Shown here: positions 28,937 through 37,736 of the stretch, piece by piece
Position numbering within the stretch: position 1 is the stretch's first letter
Layout: the number at the start of each line of letters is the position of its first letter
Source of the DNA: an uncultured Gemmatimonadales bacterium
GTDB lineage: Bacteria > Gemmatimonadota > Gemmatimonadetes > Longimicrobiales > Longimicrobiaceae
DNA: 64,000 nucleotides
Assembly (NCBI GenBank): GCA_963716255.1
Contig: OY970303.1
Coordinates: 7,808,001 to 7,872,000 of the forward strand
Reading direction: 5' to 3'
Notes under the pieces: generated by a model
The model's input: only the letters and a program-made list of their open reading frames with translations
The model's database searches: none
What the model was told of the DNA's origin: nothing
Position numbers and translations under genes: made by a program

Positions 28937-30472
28937 ATGGCCCAGCCCCCCCTCTCTCCCTCGCTGATCCGCGACCTCGCCAAGGCGTACTCGCTGGGCG
29001 AGTTCTACCCGGTGACGCACCCCACGCTGGAGCAGGTGCTGGAGAAGCTGGACCGCGACCTGCTCGCCCTGGGCGGCGAGCTGCGGGTGGAGGTGGAGCC
29101 CACCTCGCTGCGGGTGGGGCGGGAGTGGGCGGCGTGGCGCTCCACGCACGTGACGCGCTTCGCCGCGCGGCTGGCCGGCCACGGGGTGCACTCCTTCGTC
29201 CTGCGGGCCGAGGAGGCGCGCGCTGACGACCTGGGCCGCTTCCTTTCCGCGGCGGCGCTCCCGGTGCGGGTGGTGCGCGCGGCCGGCGGCTTCGTGGCGG
29301 CGCTCTCCGCGGCGGGGCTGCGCGGCGTGCTCGTCAACGGCGTCGCGCCCGACCCGCCGAAGCCCGCCGCGCCCACGCCGGCCGCGCCGCAGGGCGGCGT
29401 CAACTTCGACGTGTCGCTCTGGTCGGCGCACCAGATGTACGAGCTGGTGAAGCAGACGGCGGTGCGCGTGGAGCAGGAGGACCTGGAGGCGCTGCGGCGC
29501 GAGCTGGTGGAATCGCCGGACGCGGAGCGGGTGCAGCTGGTGGAGCGCATGCGCCAGACGGCGCAGTGGACGGCGGGGCAGGGGCGCCTGGACGAGGTGG
29601 TCGCGCTGGTGCTGCGCATGCGCACGGACGCCGAGGAGCTGGGGAGGACCGCCCCCGCCCGCCGCGCGCACGTGATGCTGGCGCTGGCCAGGGTGGCCTC
29701 GCCCGCGGTGGTGGGCGAGCTGGTGGCGCGGCTGGGCCGGGCGCGCAGCGAGGAGGAGCGCGCGGAGGCGCAGGCGGCGCTGCTGCACGTGGGCGCCGAG
29801 GTGGTGCCCCCGCTGGTGCGGGCGCTCTCCGACGCGCAGGACATGTCGGCGCGGCGGGCGTACCGTGACGCGCTGGTGGCGCTGGACCGGGTGGGGATCC
29901 CCCTGCTGGAGGACATGGCGGGCGACGAGCGCTGGTTCGTGGTCCGCAACATGGTGAGCATCCTGGGCGAGATCCGCAGCGCCGAGGCGGTGGAGCACTT
30001 CGCCCGCACGGTGCAGCACGCGGACGCGCGCGTGCGCCGCGAAACGGTGCAGGCGCTCACCAAGCTGGGCGGCGAGGAGTCGGTGCCGCTGCTGGTGCGC
30101 GCGCTTTCCGACGCGGACCCCGGGATCCGCGGCGCCGCCGCGCTGGGGCTGGGGCTCGCCCGCATCCCCGCCGCCGTGTCCCCGCTGCTCCTGCGCCTGG
30201 GCCAGGAGACGGACGCCGAGGCCGAGGCGGAGATCGTGCGCGCCCTGGGCCGCCTGGGCGACCCCCGCGCCGTGCAGCCGCTGGCGGAGCGCGCCGCGGC
30301 CGGCGGGTGGCTGTCGCGCCGCTCGGCCGCCGGGCGGGTGGAGGCGGTCCGCGCGCTGGGCGCCATCGGCGGGGACGCGGCCCGCGGCGTGCTCCAGGGG
30401 CTCGCCGCCGACCGGGCGCCGGAGGTGCGCGACGCGGTGCAGCGGGCGCTGCGCGGCGAGCCCGTGACCTGA
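28937..30472 (+). CDS. HEAT-repeat protein
   Basis: DERWFVVRN, DARVRRE, repeated ALG helices. Confidence 0.85.
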   Translation: MAQPPLSPSLIRDLAKAYSLGEFYPVTHPTLEQVLEKLDRDLLALGGELRVEVEPTSLRVGREWAAWRSTHVTRFAARLAGHGVHSFVLRAEEARADDLGRFLSAAALPVRVVRAAGGFVAALSAAGLRGVLVNGVAPDPPKPAAPTPAAPQGGVNFDVSLWSAHQMYELVKQTAVRVEQEDLEALRRELVESPDAERVQLVERMRQTAQWTAGQGRLDEVVALVLRMRTDAEELGRTAPARRAHVMLALARVASPAVVGELVARLGRARSEEERAEAQAALLHVGAEVVPPLVRALSDAQDMSARRAYRDALVALDRVGIPLLEDMAGDERWFVVRNMVSILGEIRSAEAVEHFARTVQHADARVRRETVQALTKLGGEESVPLLVRALSDADPGIRGAAALGLGLARIPAAVSPLLLRLGQETDAEAEAEIVRALGRLGDPRAVQPLAERAAAGGWLSRRSAAGRVEAVRALGAIGGDAARGVLQGLAADRAPEVRDAVQRALRGEPVT

Positions 30473-30483
30473 ACCCACCGACC

Positions 30484-31470
30484 ATGGCATCCGACGCCCC
30501 GCGCCTCCCGGAGAGCGCCCCCGCCCCCGGCTTCGCCGCGCGCATCGTCGCGGAGGTGCACCGCCGCGTGGTGGGGCAGGAGTACATGATCGAGCGCCTG
30601 CTCATCGGGCTGCTCACCGGCGGGCACGTGCTCTTCGAGGGGCTCCCGGGGCTCGCCAAGACGCTCACCGTGCGCACCCTGGCGGACGCGGTGGACGCCA
30701 CCTTCCAGCGCATCCAGTTCACGCCCGACCTGCTCCCCGCGGACGTGGTGGGAACCACCATCTACGACGTGCGCACGGGGGAGTTCACCCCGCACCGGGG
30801 CCCGGTCTTCGCCAACATCGTCCTGGCCGACGAGATCAACCGCGCCCCCGCCAAGGTGCAGGCGGCGCTGCTGGAGGCCATGCAGGAGCGGCAGGTGACC
30901 ATCGGGGGCACCACCTTTCCGCTGCCGCAGCCGTTCCTGGTGCTGGCGACGCAGAACCCCATCGAGCAGGTGGGCACCTACCCGCTGCCCGAGGCGCAGG
31001 TCGACCGCTTCATGCTCAAGGTGCGGGTGGGCTACCCCACGCGCGAGGAGGAGCGGGAGATCCTGCGCCGCATGTCCGGCGGCGAGCCCATCGCGGTGCG
31101 CCCGGTGGTGGGGGCGGAGGAGATCCTGGCGGCGCGCCGCAGCATCGCCGGGCTGTACCTGGACGACACCGTGGGCGACTACATCCTGGACGTGGTCACG
31201 GCCACGCGCGAGCCGCGGCGGTTCGGGCTGGGCGAGCTGGAGCCGCTGATCGAGTTCGGGGCCTCGCCGCGGGCCACGATCGCGCTGGCGACCTGCTCGC
31301 GGGCGCACGCCTACCTGCGCGGCAGGAGCTACGTGACGCCGGACGACGTCAAGGCGATCGGCGCGGACGTGCTGCGCCACCGGGTGATCACCACGTACGA
31401 GGCGGAGGCGGAGGAGGTCACCCCGGACGAGATCGTGCGCCGGGTGTTCGAGGCGGTGCGGGTGCCATAG
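30484..31470 (+). CDS. moxR: MoxR-family AAA+ ATPase
   Basis: GLPGLAKT, RIQFTPDLLPAD, DEINRA, ATQNPIE, GASPRA. Confidence 0.93.
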   Translation: MASDAPRLPESAPAPGFAARIVAEVHRRVVGQEYMIERLLIGLLTGGHVLFEGLPGLAKTLTVRTLADAVDATFQRIQFTPDLLPADVVGTTIYDVRTGEFTPHRGPVFANIVLADEINRAPAKVQAALLEAMQERQVTIGGTTFPLPQPFLVLATQNPIEQVGTYPLPEAQVDRFMLKVRVGYPTREEEREILRRMSGGEPIAVRPVVGAEEILAARRSIAGLYLDDTVGDYILDVVTATREPRRFGLGELEPLIEFGASPRATIALATCSRAHAYLRGRSYVTPDDVKAIGADVLRHRVITTYEAEAEEVTPDEIVRRVFEAVRVP

Positions 31471-31498
31471 GTTTTTTTCCGCTTCGACGAGGTTGGTG

Positions 31499-31626
31499 GG
31501 GCCGCTACGGAGCCGGACGATACTGCCGTCCGTCTCCTCCGCGGGCTCCGGGAGCCACCGGAAACCGCCCCGGTGTCTCCCTGCGCCGGGGGGAGCCTCG
31601 CCAAACTGCCGGCGAGTCTCCCCCCG
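31499..31626 (+). repeat. Triple-hairpin repeat family C, copy 1
   Basis: Three GAGCC-stem-AWACNGCC-stem-GTCTC units; inverted homologue at 37737-37867. Confidence 0.75.
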
Positions 31627-31687
31627 TACATCTTGTGGGAACGGCGGAACGGCGTCCGTTCGTCTGGATCTCGACACGAGGTGAGCC

Positions 31688-32161
31688 ATGCCGGTCGTCG
31701 AACGCTCGGTGGAGATCCTCGCGCCGCGGGGGGCGCTCTTCGACCTCGCGCAGGACTACTACGTGCGCACGGAGTGGGATCCCTTCCTGCGCGAGATGCG
31801 CTTCCTGGACGGCGCCACGGAGGCGGCGCCGGGCGTGCGGGTGAGGGTCCGGGCGAAGAGCGGGCTGTCCATGGAGGTGGAGTACGTGACCGTGGTTCGG
31901 CCGGAGCGCGTCGCCGTGCGGATCACCCGCGGACCGTTCTTCTTCGAGAACTTCGCGGGCTCCTGGCTCTTCCAGGACGCGGGCGGCGGCGTGACGCGGG
32001 TGGTGTTCCGCTACAGCTTCCGGACGCGCTGGCCGCTGCTGCGCCCCCTCCTGGACCCGGCGATCTCGATGGTGTTCGGCCGCGACGTCGCCGCGCGCGT
32101 CCGCGCCCTGAAGCACGCCGCCGAGGAAACGGACCTCCTGCGGCGCTTCGCGGCCCGCTGA
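31688..32161 (+). CDS. SRPBCC/START-like protein
   Basis: 157 aa; WDPF, GPFFFENFAGSWLF pattern; RBS GAGGTG. Confidence 0.75.
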   Translation: MPVVERSVEILAPRGALFDLAQDYYVRTEWDPFLREMRFLDGATEAAPGVRVRVRAKSGLSMEVEYVTVVRPERVAVRITRGPFFFENFAGSWLFQDAGGGVTRVVFRYSFRTRWPLLRPLLDPAISMVFGRDVAARVRALKHAAEETDLLRRFAAR

Positions 32162-32171
32162 GCGACGCAGA

Positions 32172-32209
32172 CCCCCCTCCCCCGGCCCCTCGCAAGGGGA
32201 GGGGAGAAC
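32172..32209 (+). repeat. REP-like family B unit a
   Basis: CCCCCTCCCCCGGCCCCTCGCAAGGGGAGGGGAGAAC. Confidence 0.65.
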
Positions 32210-32248
32210 GGCGACGGCGGGCGCCTGGGGAGGTGGGGGAGCCCCCCC

Positions 32249-32386
32249 GCGAAAGCGATCGTGACCCGAAGGGCGGAGACCCGCGGGGCGGTTTCCGCGG
32301 GGCTCCGTTCTCCTGGACACGGTCGTTTCGTGTCCAGGAGAATAGAGCGCGGTCCCCGGCCGGCAGTATCGGCCGGGGATTCGCCC
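32249..32386 (-). ncRNA. Divergent member of structured family A (copy 8)
   Basis: Same module order on the minus strand, with compensated terminal pairing GCGAA/TTCGC. Confidence 0.5.
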
Positions 32387-32411
32387 GAACCCGCCCGAAC
32401 CCGCCCGAACC
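32382..32411. repeat. Tandem 10-bp repeat CGCCCGAACC x3
   Basis: Seen directly; it triplicates the 5' end (GGTTCGGGCG) of copy 8. Confidence 0.85.
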
Positions 32412-32427
32412 TTGTGATCCGGAATCG

Positions 32428-32441
32428 GGTACGGCTCCTGC
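32428..32441 (+). promoter_or_regulatory. Possible sigma54 promoter for DUF58-bat genes
   Basis: GGTACGGCTCCTGC with GG-N10-GC spacing, about 35 nt before ATG 32475. Confidence 0.35.
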
Positions 32442-32474
32442 CATGCAGCCGTAAAGCCCCGACCTGGAAAAACG

Positions 32475-33395
32475 ATGATCGAACACAGCGAACGCCACGA
32501 CCCCGTCAGCCGCGAGGTGCTGCGCCAGGTGCGCCGCATCGAGCTGCGCACGCGCGGCGCGGTGGATTCGCGCTTCAGCGGCGAGTACCAGAGCGTGTTC
32601 AAGGGCCAGGGGCTGGAGTTCGTGGAGGTGCGCGAGTACCTGCCCGGCGACGACGTGAGGACCATCGACTGGAACGTGTCGGCGCGGACGGGCGTGCCGC
32701 ACGTGAAGCGCTACGTGGAGGAGCGCGAGCTGTCGCTGCTGCTGGTGGTGGACTTCTCGGCGTCCATGCGCTTCGGGACGGTGGAGCGCTTCAAGAGCGA
32801 GCTGGTGGCGGAGGTGGCGGCGGTGCTGGCGATGTCGGCCATCCGCAACAACGACCGGGTGGGGCTGCTGGTGTTCGCGGACGGGATCGAGCTGTTCCTC
32901 CCCCCGCGCAAGGGCCGCCGCCACGTGCTGCGGCTGATCCGCGAGCTGCTGGCCTTCCGGCCGGCGGGGCGGGGGAGCGCGGCCGCGGCGGCGCTGGAGT
33001 ACGCCATGCGGGTGCTGCGCTCGCGCTCCATCGTGTTCCTGTTCTCGGACTTCCGCTTCGGCGGGGAGTGGGCGGGCTTCGAGCGCGGCCTGCGCACGGC
33101 GGCGCGCCGCCACGACGTGGTCGCGGTGCGCCTGGCGGACCACCGCGAGGAGGTGCTCCCGGACATGGGGCTGCTGCGCGTGGCGGACCCGGAAACGGGC
33201 GGGACGCTGCTGCTGGACACGGGCCGGCGCGACGTGCGCGAGGCGTACGCGCGCGCCGCGGCGGAGGAGCGCGACCGCGCCCGCCGGCTCTTTCGCCGCA
33301 TCGCCGTGGACGAGATCGTGCTGCATACCGGCGAGCGCTACGCCCCGGAGCTGCTGGCGTTCTTCCAGCGGCGCGAGACCCGCCTGCGCCGGTGA
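32475..33395 (+). CDS. DUF58 (VWA-like) protein
   Basis: GEYQSVFKGQGLEFVEVREYLPGDDVRTIDWNVSAR, DFSASM. Confidence 0.92.
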   Translation: MIEHSERHDPVSREVLRQVRRIELRTRGAVDSRFSGEYQSVFKGQGLEFVEVREYLPGDDVRTIDWNVSARTGVPHVKRYVEERELSLLLVVDFSASMRFGTVERFKSELVAEVAAVLAMSAIRNNDRVGLLVFADGIELFLPPRKGRRHVLRLIRELLAFRPAGRGSAAAAALEYAMRVLRSRSIVFLFSDFRFGGEWAGFERGLRTAARRHDVVAVRLADHREEVLPDMGLLRVADPETGGTLLLDTGRRDVREAYARAAAEERDRARRLFRRIAVDEIVLHTGERYAPELLAFFQRRETRLRR

Positions 33396-34384
33396 GCCGC
33401 GTGCGGCGCGCCCGCCTCGTCCTCGCGCTCGTCCCGGCCTGCGCCGCGATTCCCGCCGCGGCGCAGCGCGCTCCCGCGGACTCCGCTCCCGCGCCGGTCT
33501 ACTCGGTGGGCGTGTCGCCGGACACCGTCACGGTGGGCGACCGCTTCCGGGTGATGCTGCGCGTGGAGGCGGCCCCGGGCACGCGCGTGGAGCTGCCCGC
33601 GCGCCTGGACAGCCTGCCGGTGCTGCACCCCGTGGGCCCGCCGCGCGACCGCGGCGACTCCGCCCGCGGCGACTTCGCCGCCGCCTACCCCATGGTGGCC
33701 TGGCGCCCCGGCGCGCTCCCGCCGCTGTACGCCCCGGTGCGCGTGACCCACGCGGACGGCCGCGCCGCCACGGCGCGGGTGCCGCTGCGCCTCCCCTTCG
33801 TGCGCTCCGTGCTCCCCGCCGACACCGCGAAAGTGGAGCCGCGCGGCCCCCACGACGTGCTGGGCCCGGACTGGGACCGGCGGCTGATGCTGGTGCTGGT
33901 GCTGCTGGCCCTGCTGCTCCTGGCGCCCGCGGGGGTGCTGGTGCGCCGCTGGCTGCGGAAGCGGCTGGCCCGGGGGCCCGCGCCGCCGGTGGACCCGCGC
34001 GCGCGCGCCCTTGCGTCGCTGGAGCTCGCGCGGCGGATGCGCCTGGCGGAGGCGGGGGAGTGGAAGCCGTTCTACTCGCTCACCTCGGAGGCGCTGCGCG
34101 GCTACCTGGACGCGCTCTCCCCGCGCTGGGGCGCGGACCTGACCACGGAGGAGCTGGCGCGCGCCCTGGAAACGCCGGACGTGGACGACGCCGACGCGCG
34201 GGTCGTCGGCGCGCTGCTCGCGGAGGCCGACGCGGTGAAGTTCGCGGGGGCGGCCTCCACCCCGGCGGCGGCGGAGCGGCACTGGCAGCAGGCGCGCGAG
34301 TGGGTGGCGAGCTTCGACCGGCCCGCGCCGCCCGCCGCGGACGACGGGGCGGATGCGCGCGCCCCGGCGGAGGTGGGGCGGTGA
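33392..34384 (+). CDS. Bat-cluster membrane-anchored protein (BatD-like N-terminus)
   Basis: Signal peptide, DTVTVGD Ig-like region, one TM, LRGYL..LTTEEL..ADAVKFA; GTGA overlap. Confidence 0.75.
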   Translation: MSRVRRARLVLALVPACAAIPAAAQRAPADSAPAPVYSVGVSPDTVTVGDRFRVMLRVEAAPGTRVELPARLDSLPVLHPVGPPRDRGDSARGDFAAAYPMVAWRPGALPPLYAPVRVTHADGRAATARVPLRLPFVRSVLPADTAKVEPRGPHDVLGPDWDRRLMLVLVLLALLLLAPAGVLVRRWLRKRLARGPAPPVDPRARALASLELARRMRLAEAGEWKPFYSLTSEALRGYLDALSPRWGADLTTEELARALETPDVDDADARVVGALLAEADAVKFAGAASTPAAAERHWQQAREWVASFDRPAPPAADDGADARAPAEVGR

Positions 34385-34394
34385 GGGCCCCCCG

Positions 34395-34450
34395 GCCCTC
34401 ACGCGGCGGCCTTAGAGCCGCCACCCTCTCCCAATTCTGGGAGAGGGGGC
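34395..34450 (-). repeat. REP-like family B unit b
   Basis: Reverse complement GCCCCCTCTCCCAGAATTGGGAGAGGGTGGCGG... resembles 63910-63964. Confidence 0.65.
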
Positions 34451-34481
34451 AACTGCTGGATCCTGCGGCTTCGTCGGAGCT

Positions 34482-34608
34482 GCGTGAGGGATTTCGGCCC
34501 GAAGGGGCGAGACCCGCGGGCAGTTTCGCGGGGCTCGACTCCGTTGCAGACGGTCGTTTCGTCTGCTACGGAGCCGAAGCCCGACCCCGCGCCAGCGGGG
34601 GCACGCCC
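34482..34608 (-). ncRNA. Structured repeat family A, copy 4
   Basis: Variable stems GCAGACG-AAACGAC-CGTCTGC and CCGCG-AAACTGCC-CGCGG. Confidence 0.6.
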
Positions 34609-34658
34609 GCCCCCTGCCGTTCCGCCGTATGCCGTTCTGCCGTCAAAGAGGCCACGAC

Positions 34659-35645
34659 GTGACGGTGGAGCTGGTGCACCCGTGGGCGCTCGCCCTGCTG
34701 CTGCCGGTGCCGGCGTACCTGCTGTGGCTGCGGCGCACCCGTCCGGCCGCGATCCCACTGCCCGGGGCGGCGGTGCTGGCTCACCCGGGACGGCGCGCGG
34801 CCAGGTGGTGGGCCCGCGTCCCGGAGCTGGCGCGCGTGCTCGCCCTGGTGCTGCTCGTGGTGGCGCTGGCCCGGCCGCGCACCGGGGCCGCGGTGACGGA
34901 GTCGCGCGCAGAGGGGATCGCCATCGTGGTGGCGATGGACGTGTCGTCGTCCATGCTGGCGGAGGACTTCCGCCCGGCCAACCGGCTGGAGGTGGCGAAG
35001 CGGACCACCGCACGCTTCGTGGCGGGGCGCAGGGCGGACCGCATCGGGCTGGTGGCGTTCGCCGGCGAGGCGCTCACCCAGGTGCCCACCACCACCGACT
35101 ACTCGCTGCTGATCTCCGCGCTCCAGGCGCTGGAGCCGGGCGCGCTGCGCGACGGCACCGCGATCGGGATGGGGCTGGCGACGGCCACCAACCGGCTGCG
35201 GCAGGTGGAGGGCGCCAGCAAGGTGGTGATCCTGCTGAGCGACGGCGAGAACAACCGCGGCGAGATCGACCCGCGCGACGCGGCCCGGGCGGCGGCGGCG
35301 CTGGGGGTGCGGGTGTTCACCATCGGGGTGGGGTCCGAGGGGATGGCGCGGGTGCCGGTGGCGCGCAGCGCCTCGGGGCTGCGCTACGCCTACCTGCCGG
35401 TGCGCATCGACGAGGCGCTGCTCACCGAGATCGCCGCGAGCACGGGCGGCCGCTACTTCCGCGCGACGGACACGGAAACGCTGCGGCGCATCTACGCGGA
35501 GATCGACCGCATGGTGAAGACGCCGGTGCGCGTGCGGCGCTACACGCGGCACACGGAGCTGTACCTGTTCTTTCTCCTGGCCGGCGCGGCGCTGCTGGCG
35601 CTGGAGTGGCTGGTGCGGGGGTCGCGGCGAGGGGTGGGACCATGA
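34659..35645 (+). CDS. VWA-domain protein, BatA-like
   Basis: ALARP, MIDAS DVSSSM, NRLEVAK, GTAIG, LSDGENN, TGGRYFRA. Start uncertain (34659 or 34665). Confidence 0.88.
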   Translation: MTVELVHPWALALLLPVPAYLLWLRRTRPAAIPLPGAAVLAHPGRRAARWWARVPELARVLALVLLVVALARPRTGAAVTESRAEGIAIVVAMDVSSSMLAEDFRPANRLEVAKRTTARFVAGRRADRIGLVAFAGEALTQVPTTTDYSLLISALQALEPGALRDGTAIGMGLATATNRLRQVEGASKVVILLSDGENNRGEIDPRDAARAAAALGVRVFTIGVGSEGMARVPVARSASGLRYAYLPVRIDEALLTEIAASTGGRYFRATDTETLRRIYAEIDRMVKTPVRVRRYTRHTELYLFFLLAGAALLALEWLVRGSRRGVGP

Positions 35646-35668
35646 ACGGCTTTGAACGGACTGGATTT

Positions 35669-35797
35669 GGGCGTGCCCCCGGCTGCGCCGGGGTCGGGCT
35701 TCGGCTCCGTAGCAGACGATACGACCGTCTGCAACGGAGTCGAGCCCCGCGAAACTGCCCGCGGGTCTCGCCCCTTCGGGCCGGAATCCCTCACGCG
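35669..35797 (+). ncRNA. Structured repeat family A, copy 5
   Basis: Variable stems GCAGACG-ATACGAC-CGTCTGC and CCGCG-AAACTGCC-CGCGG. Confidence 0.6.
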
Positions 35798-35811
35798 GGA
35801 GGCCGCCTTCC

Positions 35812-36858
35812 ATGACCTTCTTCCGCGTGTGGCTGCTGCCGCTGGCGCTGCTCCTTCCACTGGCGGTGGGGGCGGGGATCGCGCTCGCGGTGCGGCGGCG
35901 GCGGCGGGCCGCGGACGCGTTCGGCGAGCACCCGCTGGTGCTGCGGCTTTCCGGGGGGCGCGACCCGGGCGCGGTGCCGTGGGCGCGCGCGGCGCTGCTC
36001 CTTCCCGCGGCGGCGGCGCTGGGCGTCGCGGCGGCGGACCCGCGCTGGGGGCGCGGCGGGGGGGACGGCGCCGGCGCGGCGGGCGGGGCGGAGGTGGTGA
36101 TGGTGATGGACGCCAGCAACTCCATGCGGGTGGAGGACGTGCGCCCCAACCGGCTGGAGCGGGAGCGCGCCGCGGCGCGGCAGATCGCGCACGGGCTCCC
36201 CGGCGGGCGCCTGGGGGTGGTGGTATTCTCGGGGCGGGGATACGTGCTCACCCCGCTCACCGCGGACGCGGGGGCGCTGGAGCTGTACCTGGACGCGCTC
36301 TCGCCGGAGATCGTGACGCAGGGCGGATCGTCGCTGGCGAGCGCGGTGCGCCAGGGGACGGACCTGCTCCTGGGCGGCGATTCGGTGAGCGCGGGGCGGG
36401 TGATGGTGCTGATGTCCGACGGGGAGGCGCTGGAGGAGCGCTCGGAGGTGGGGCTGGCGGTGCGGCGGGCGGAGCGCGTGGGCGTGACCATCCACACGCT
36501 CGGCTTCGGGACGGAGGGCGGGGGGCCGGTGCCGGACGTGGACCCCACCACCGGGCGCCGCCTGGGCTTCAAGCGCGACGTGGACGGCAGCGTCGCGGTG
36601 TCGCGGCTGGACCCGGGGATGCTCCGCGAGATCGCGGACGAGACCGGCGGGCGCTACCGCGACGCATCGGACCCGGGCGCGGTCGCCGCGCTGCTGCGCG
36701 ACGTCGCGGCCGCGCCCGCGGCGGCCCGGCGCCCGGACGGCGGCGGCGGCCCGCCGCCCCGCTACGAATGGTTCCTGGGCGCGGCGCTGCTGCTGCTCGC
36801 CGCGGACACCGTGCTGGCCGCGCTGGAGCGCCGCCGCGCGCTGGAGGTGCCGGCATGA
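35812..36858 (+). CDS. VWA-domain protein, BatB-like
   Basis: DPRWG, DASNSM, PLTAD, SDGE, GFGTEGG. Confidence 0.88.
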   Translation: MTFFRVWLLPLALLLPLAVGAGIALAVRRRRRAADAFGEHPLVLRLSGGRDPGAVPWARAALLLPAAAALGVAAADPRWGRGGGDGAGAAGGAEVVMVMDASNSMRVEDVRPNRLERERAAARQIAHGLPGGRLGVVVFSGRGYVLTPLTADAGALELYLDALSPEIVTQGGSSLASAVRQGTDLLLGGDSVSAGRVMVLMSDGEALEERSEVGLAVRRAERVGVTIHTLGFGTEGGGPVPDVDPTTGRRLGFKRDVDGSVAVSRLDPGMLREIADETGGRYRDASDPGAVAALLRDVAAAPAAARRPDGGGGPPPRYEWFLGAALLLLAADTVLAALERRRALEVPA

Positions 36859-37595
36859 GGCGGCTCCCCGCCTCCCCCGGCCCGTCCCCGCAGGGGGGAG
36901 GGGAGAACGTCCGGCGCCGCTCCGCCGGGAGCCGCCGGACCCTCGCCGTCTGCGCGCTGCTGGCAGCCCTGCTCGCGGGGTGCGGCCCGGGGAACCGGCT
37001 GTACCGCCGGGGCGAGTACCGCGCGGCGGCGGAGGCGTACGCCGCCGGGCTGGCGAAGGGCGACGGCTCTCCGGAGCTGCGCTACAACCTGGGGACGGCG
37101 CTGCTGCGGCTGGAGGCGTACGACTCGGCGCGGGCGCACCTGGAGGCGGCGCTCCCGGGCGGAGGCCCGGAGGTGCGGCAGCGCGCCTCGTACAACGCCG
37201 GCAACGCGGACCTGCTCCCCGTGTTCCTGGAGCGCGTCCCCGACGACCAGCGCCGCCCCCGCCTGGAGCGCGCCGTGGCGGCGTACCAGCGCGCGCTGCT
37301 GCTGCGCCCCGGCGACCGGGACGCCAAGTGGAACCTGGAGATCGCGCTGCGCCTGCTGGCCCGGCAGCCGCAGGGCGGGGGCGGAGGCGGCGGGGAGGAC
37401 GAGGGCGGCGGCGGCGACGAGGAGGGCGAGCAGCAGGCCCCCGAGGCCGCGGAGCGCACCCCGCAGGGCGCCAGGGGCCTCACCCCCGCCGAAGCCGAGC
37501 GGATCCTCCGCGGCGCCCAGCGCGCCGAAGCGGAGGTGCAGGGCGAGAAGCTGCGCCGCGAGCCCCCGCGCGGCCGGGTGCTGCGGGACTGGTGA
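36855..37595 (+). CDS. TPR protein, BatC-like (possible lipoprotein)
   Basis: LLAGC, GNRLYRRGEY, YNLG, YNAGN, DAKWNLE, ends ...RDW; ATGA overlap. Confidence 0.82.
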   Translation: MRRLPASPGPSPQGGGENVRRRSAGSRRTLAVCALLAALLAGCGPGNRLYRRGEYRAAAEAYAAGLAKGDGSPELRYNLGTALLRLEAYDSARAHLEAALPGGGPEVRQRASYNAGNADLLPVFLERVPDDQRRPRLERAVAAYQRALLLRPGDRDAKWNLEIALRLLARQPQGGGGGGGEDEGGGGDEEGEQQAPEAAERTPQGARGLTPAEAERILRGAQRAEAEVQGEKLRREPPRGRVLRDW

Positions 37596-37604
37596 GGAAC
37601 GGCA

Positions 37605-37705
37605 GGGAACAGGGTTCATCGGTTCACGCGCAGCGTGAAGCGCCACAGGGAACAGCCTGCAACGACACGGCGCCCGCACCGGGAGATCCGGGTGCGGGCG
37701 CCGTT
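37605..37705 (+). repeat. 3'-end repeat family D, copy 1 (two hairpins)
   Basis: GGGAACAGGG..CGGTTCACGCG(C/A)AGCGTGAAGCGCC..ACGGCGCCC..GGGCGCCGTT; homologue at 41517-41609. Confidence 0.7.
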
Positions 37706-37736
37706 GCAGTTCATGCAGTACCCGTATGATGCGGTT

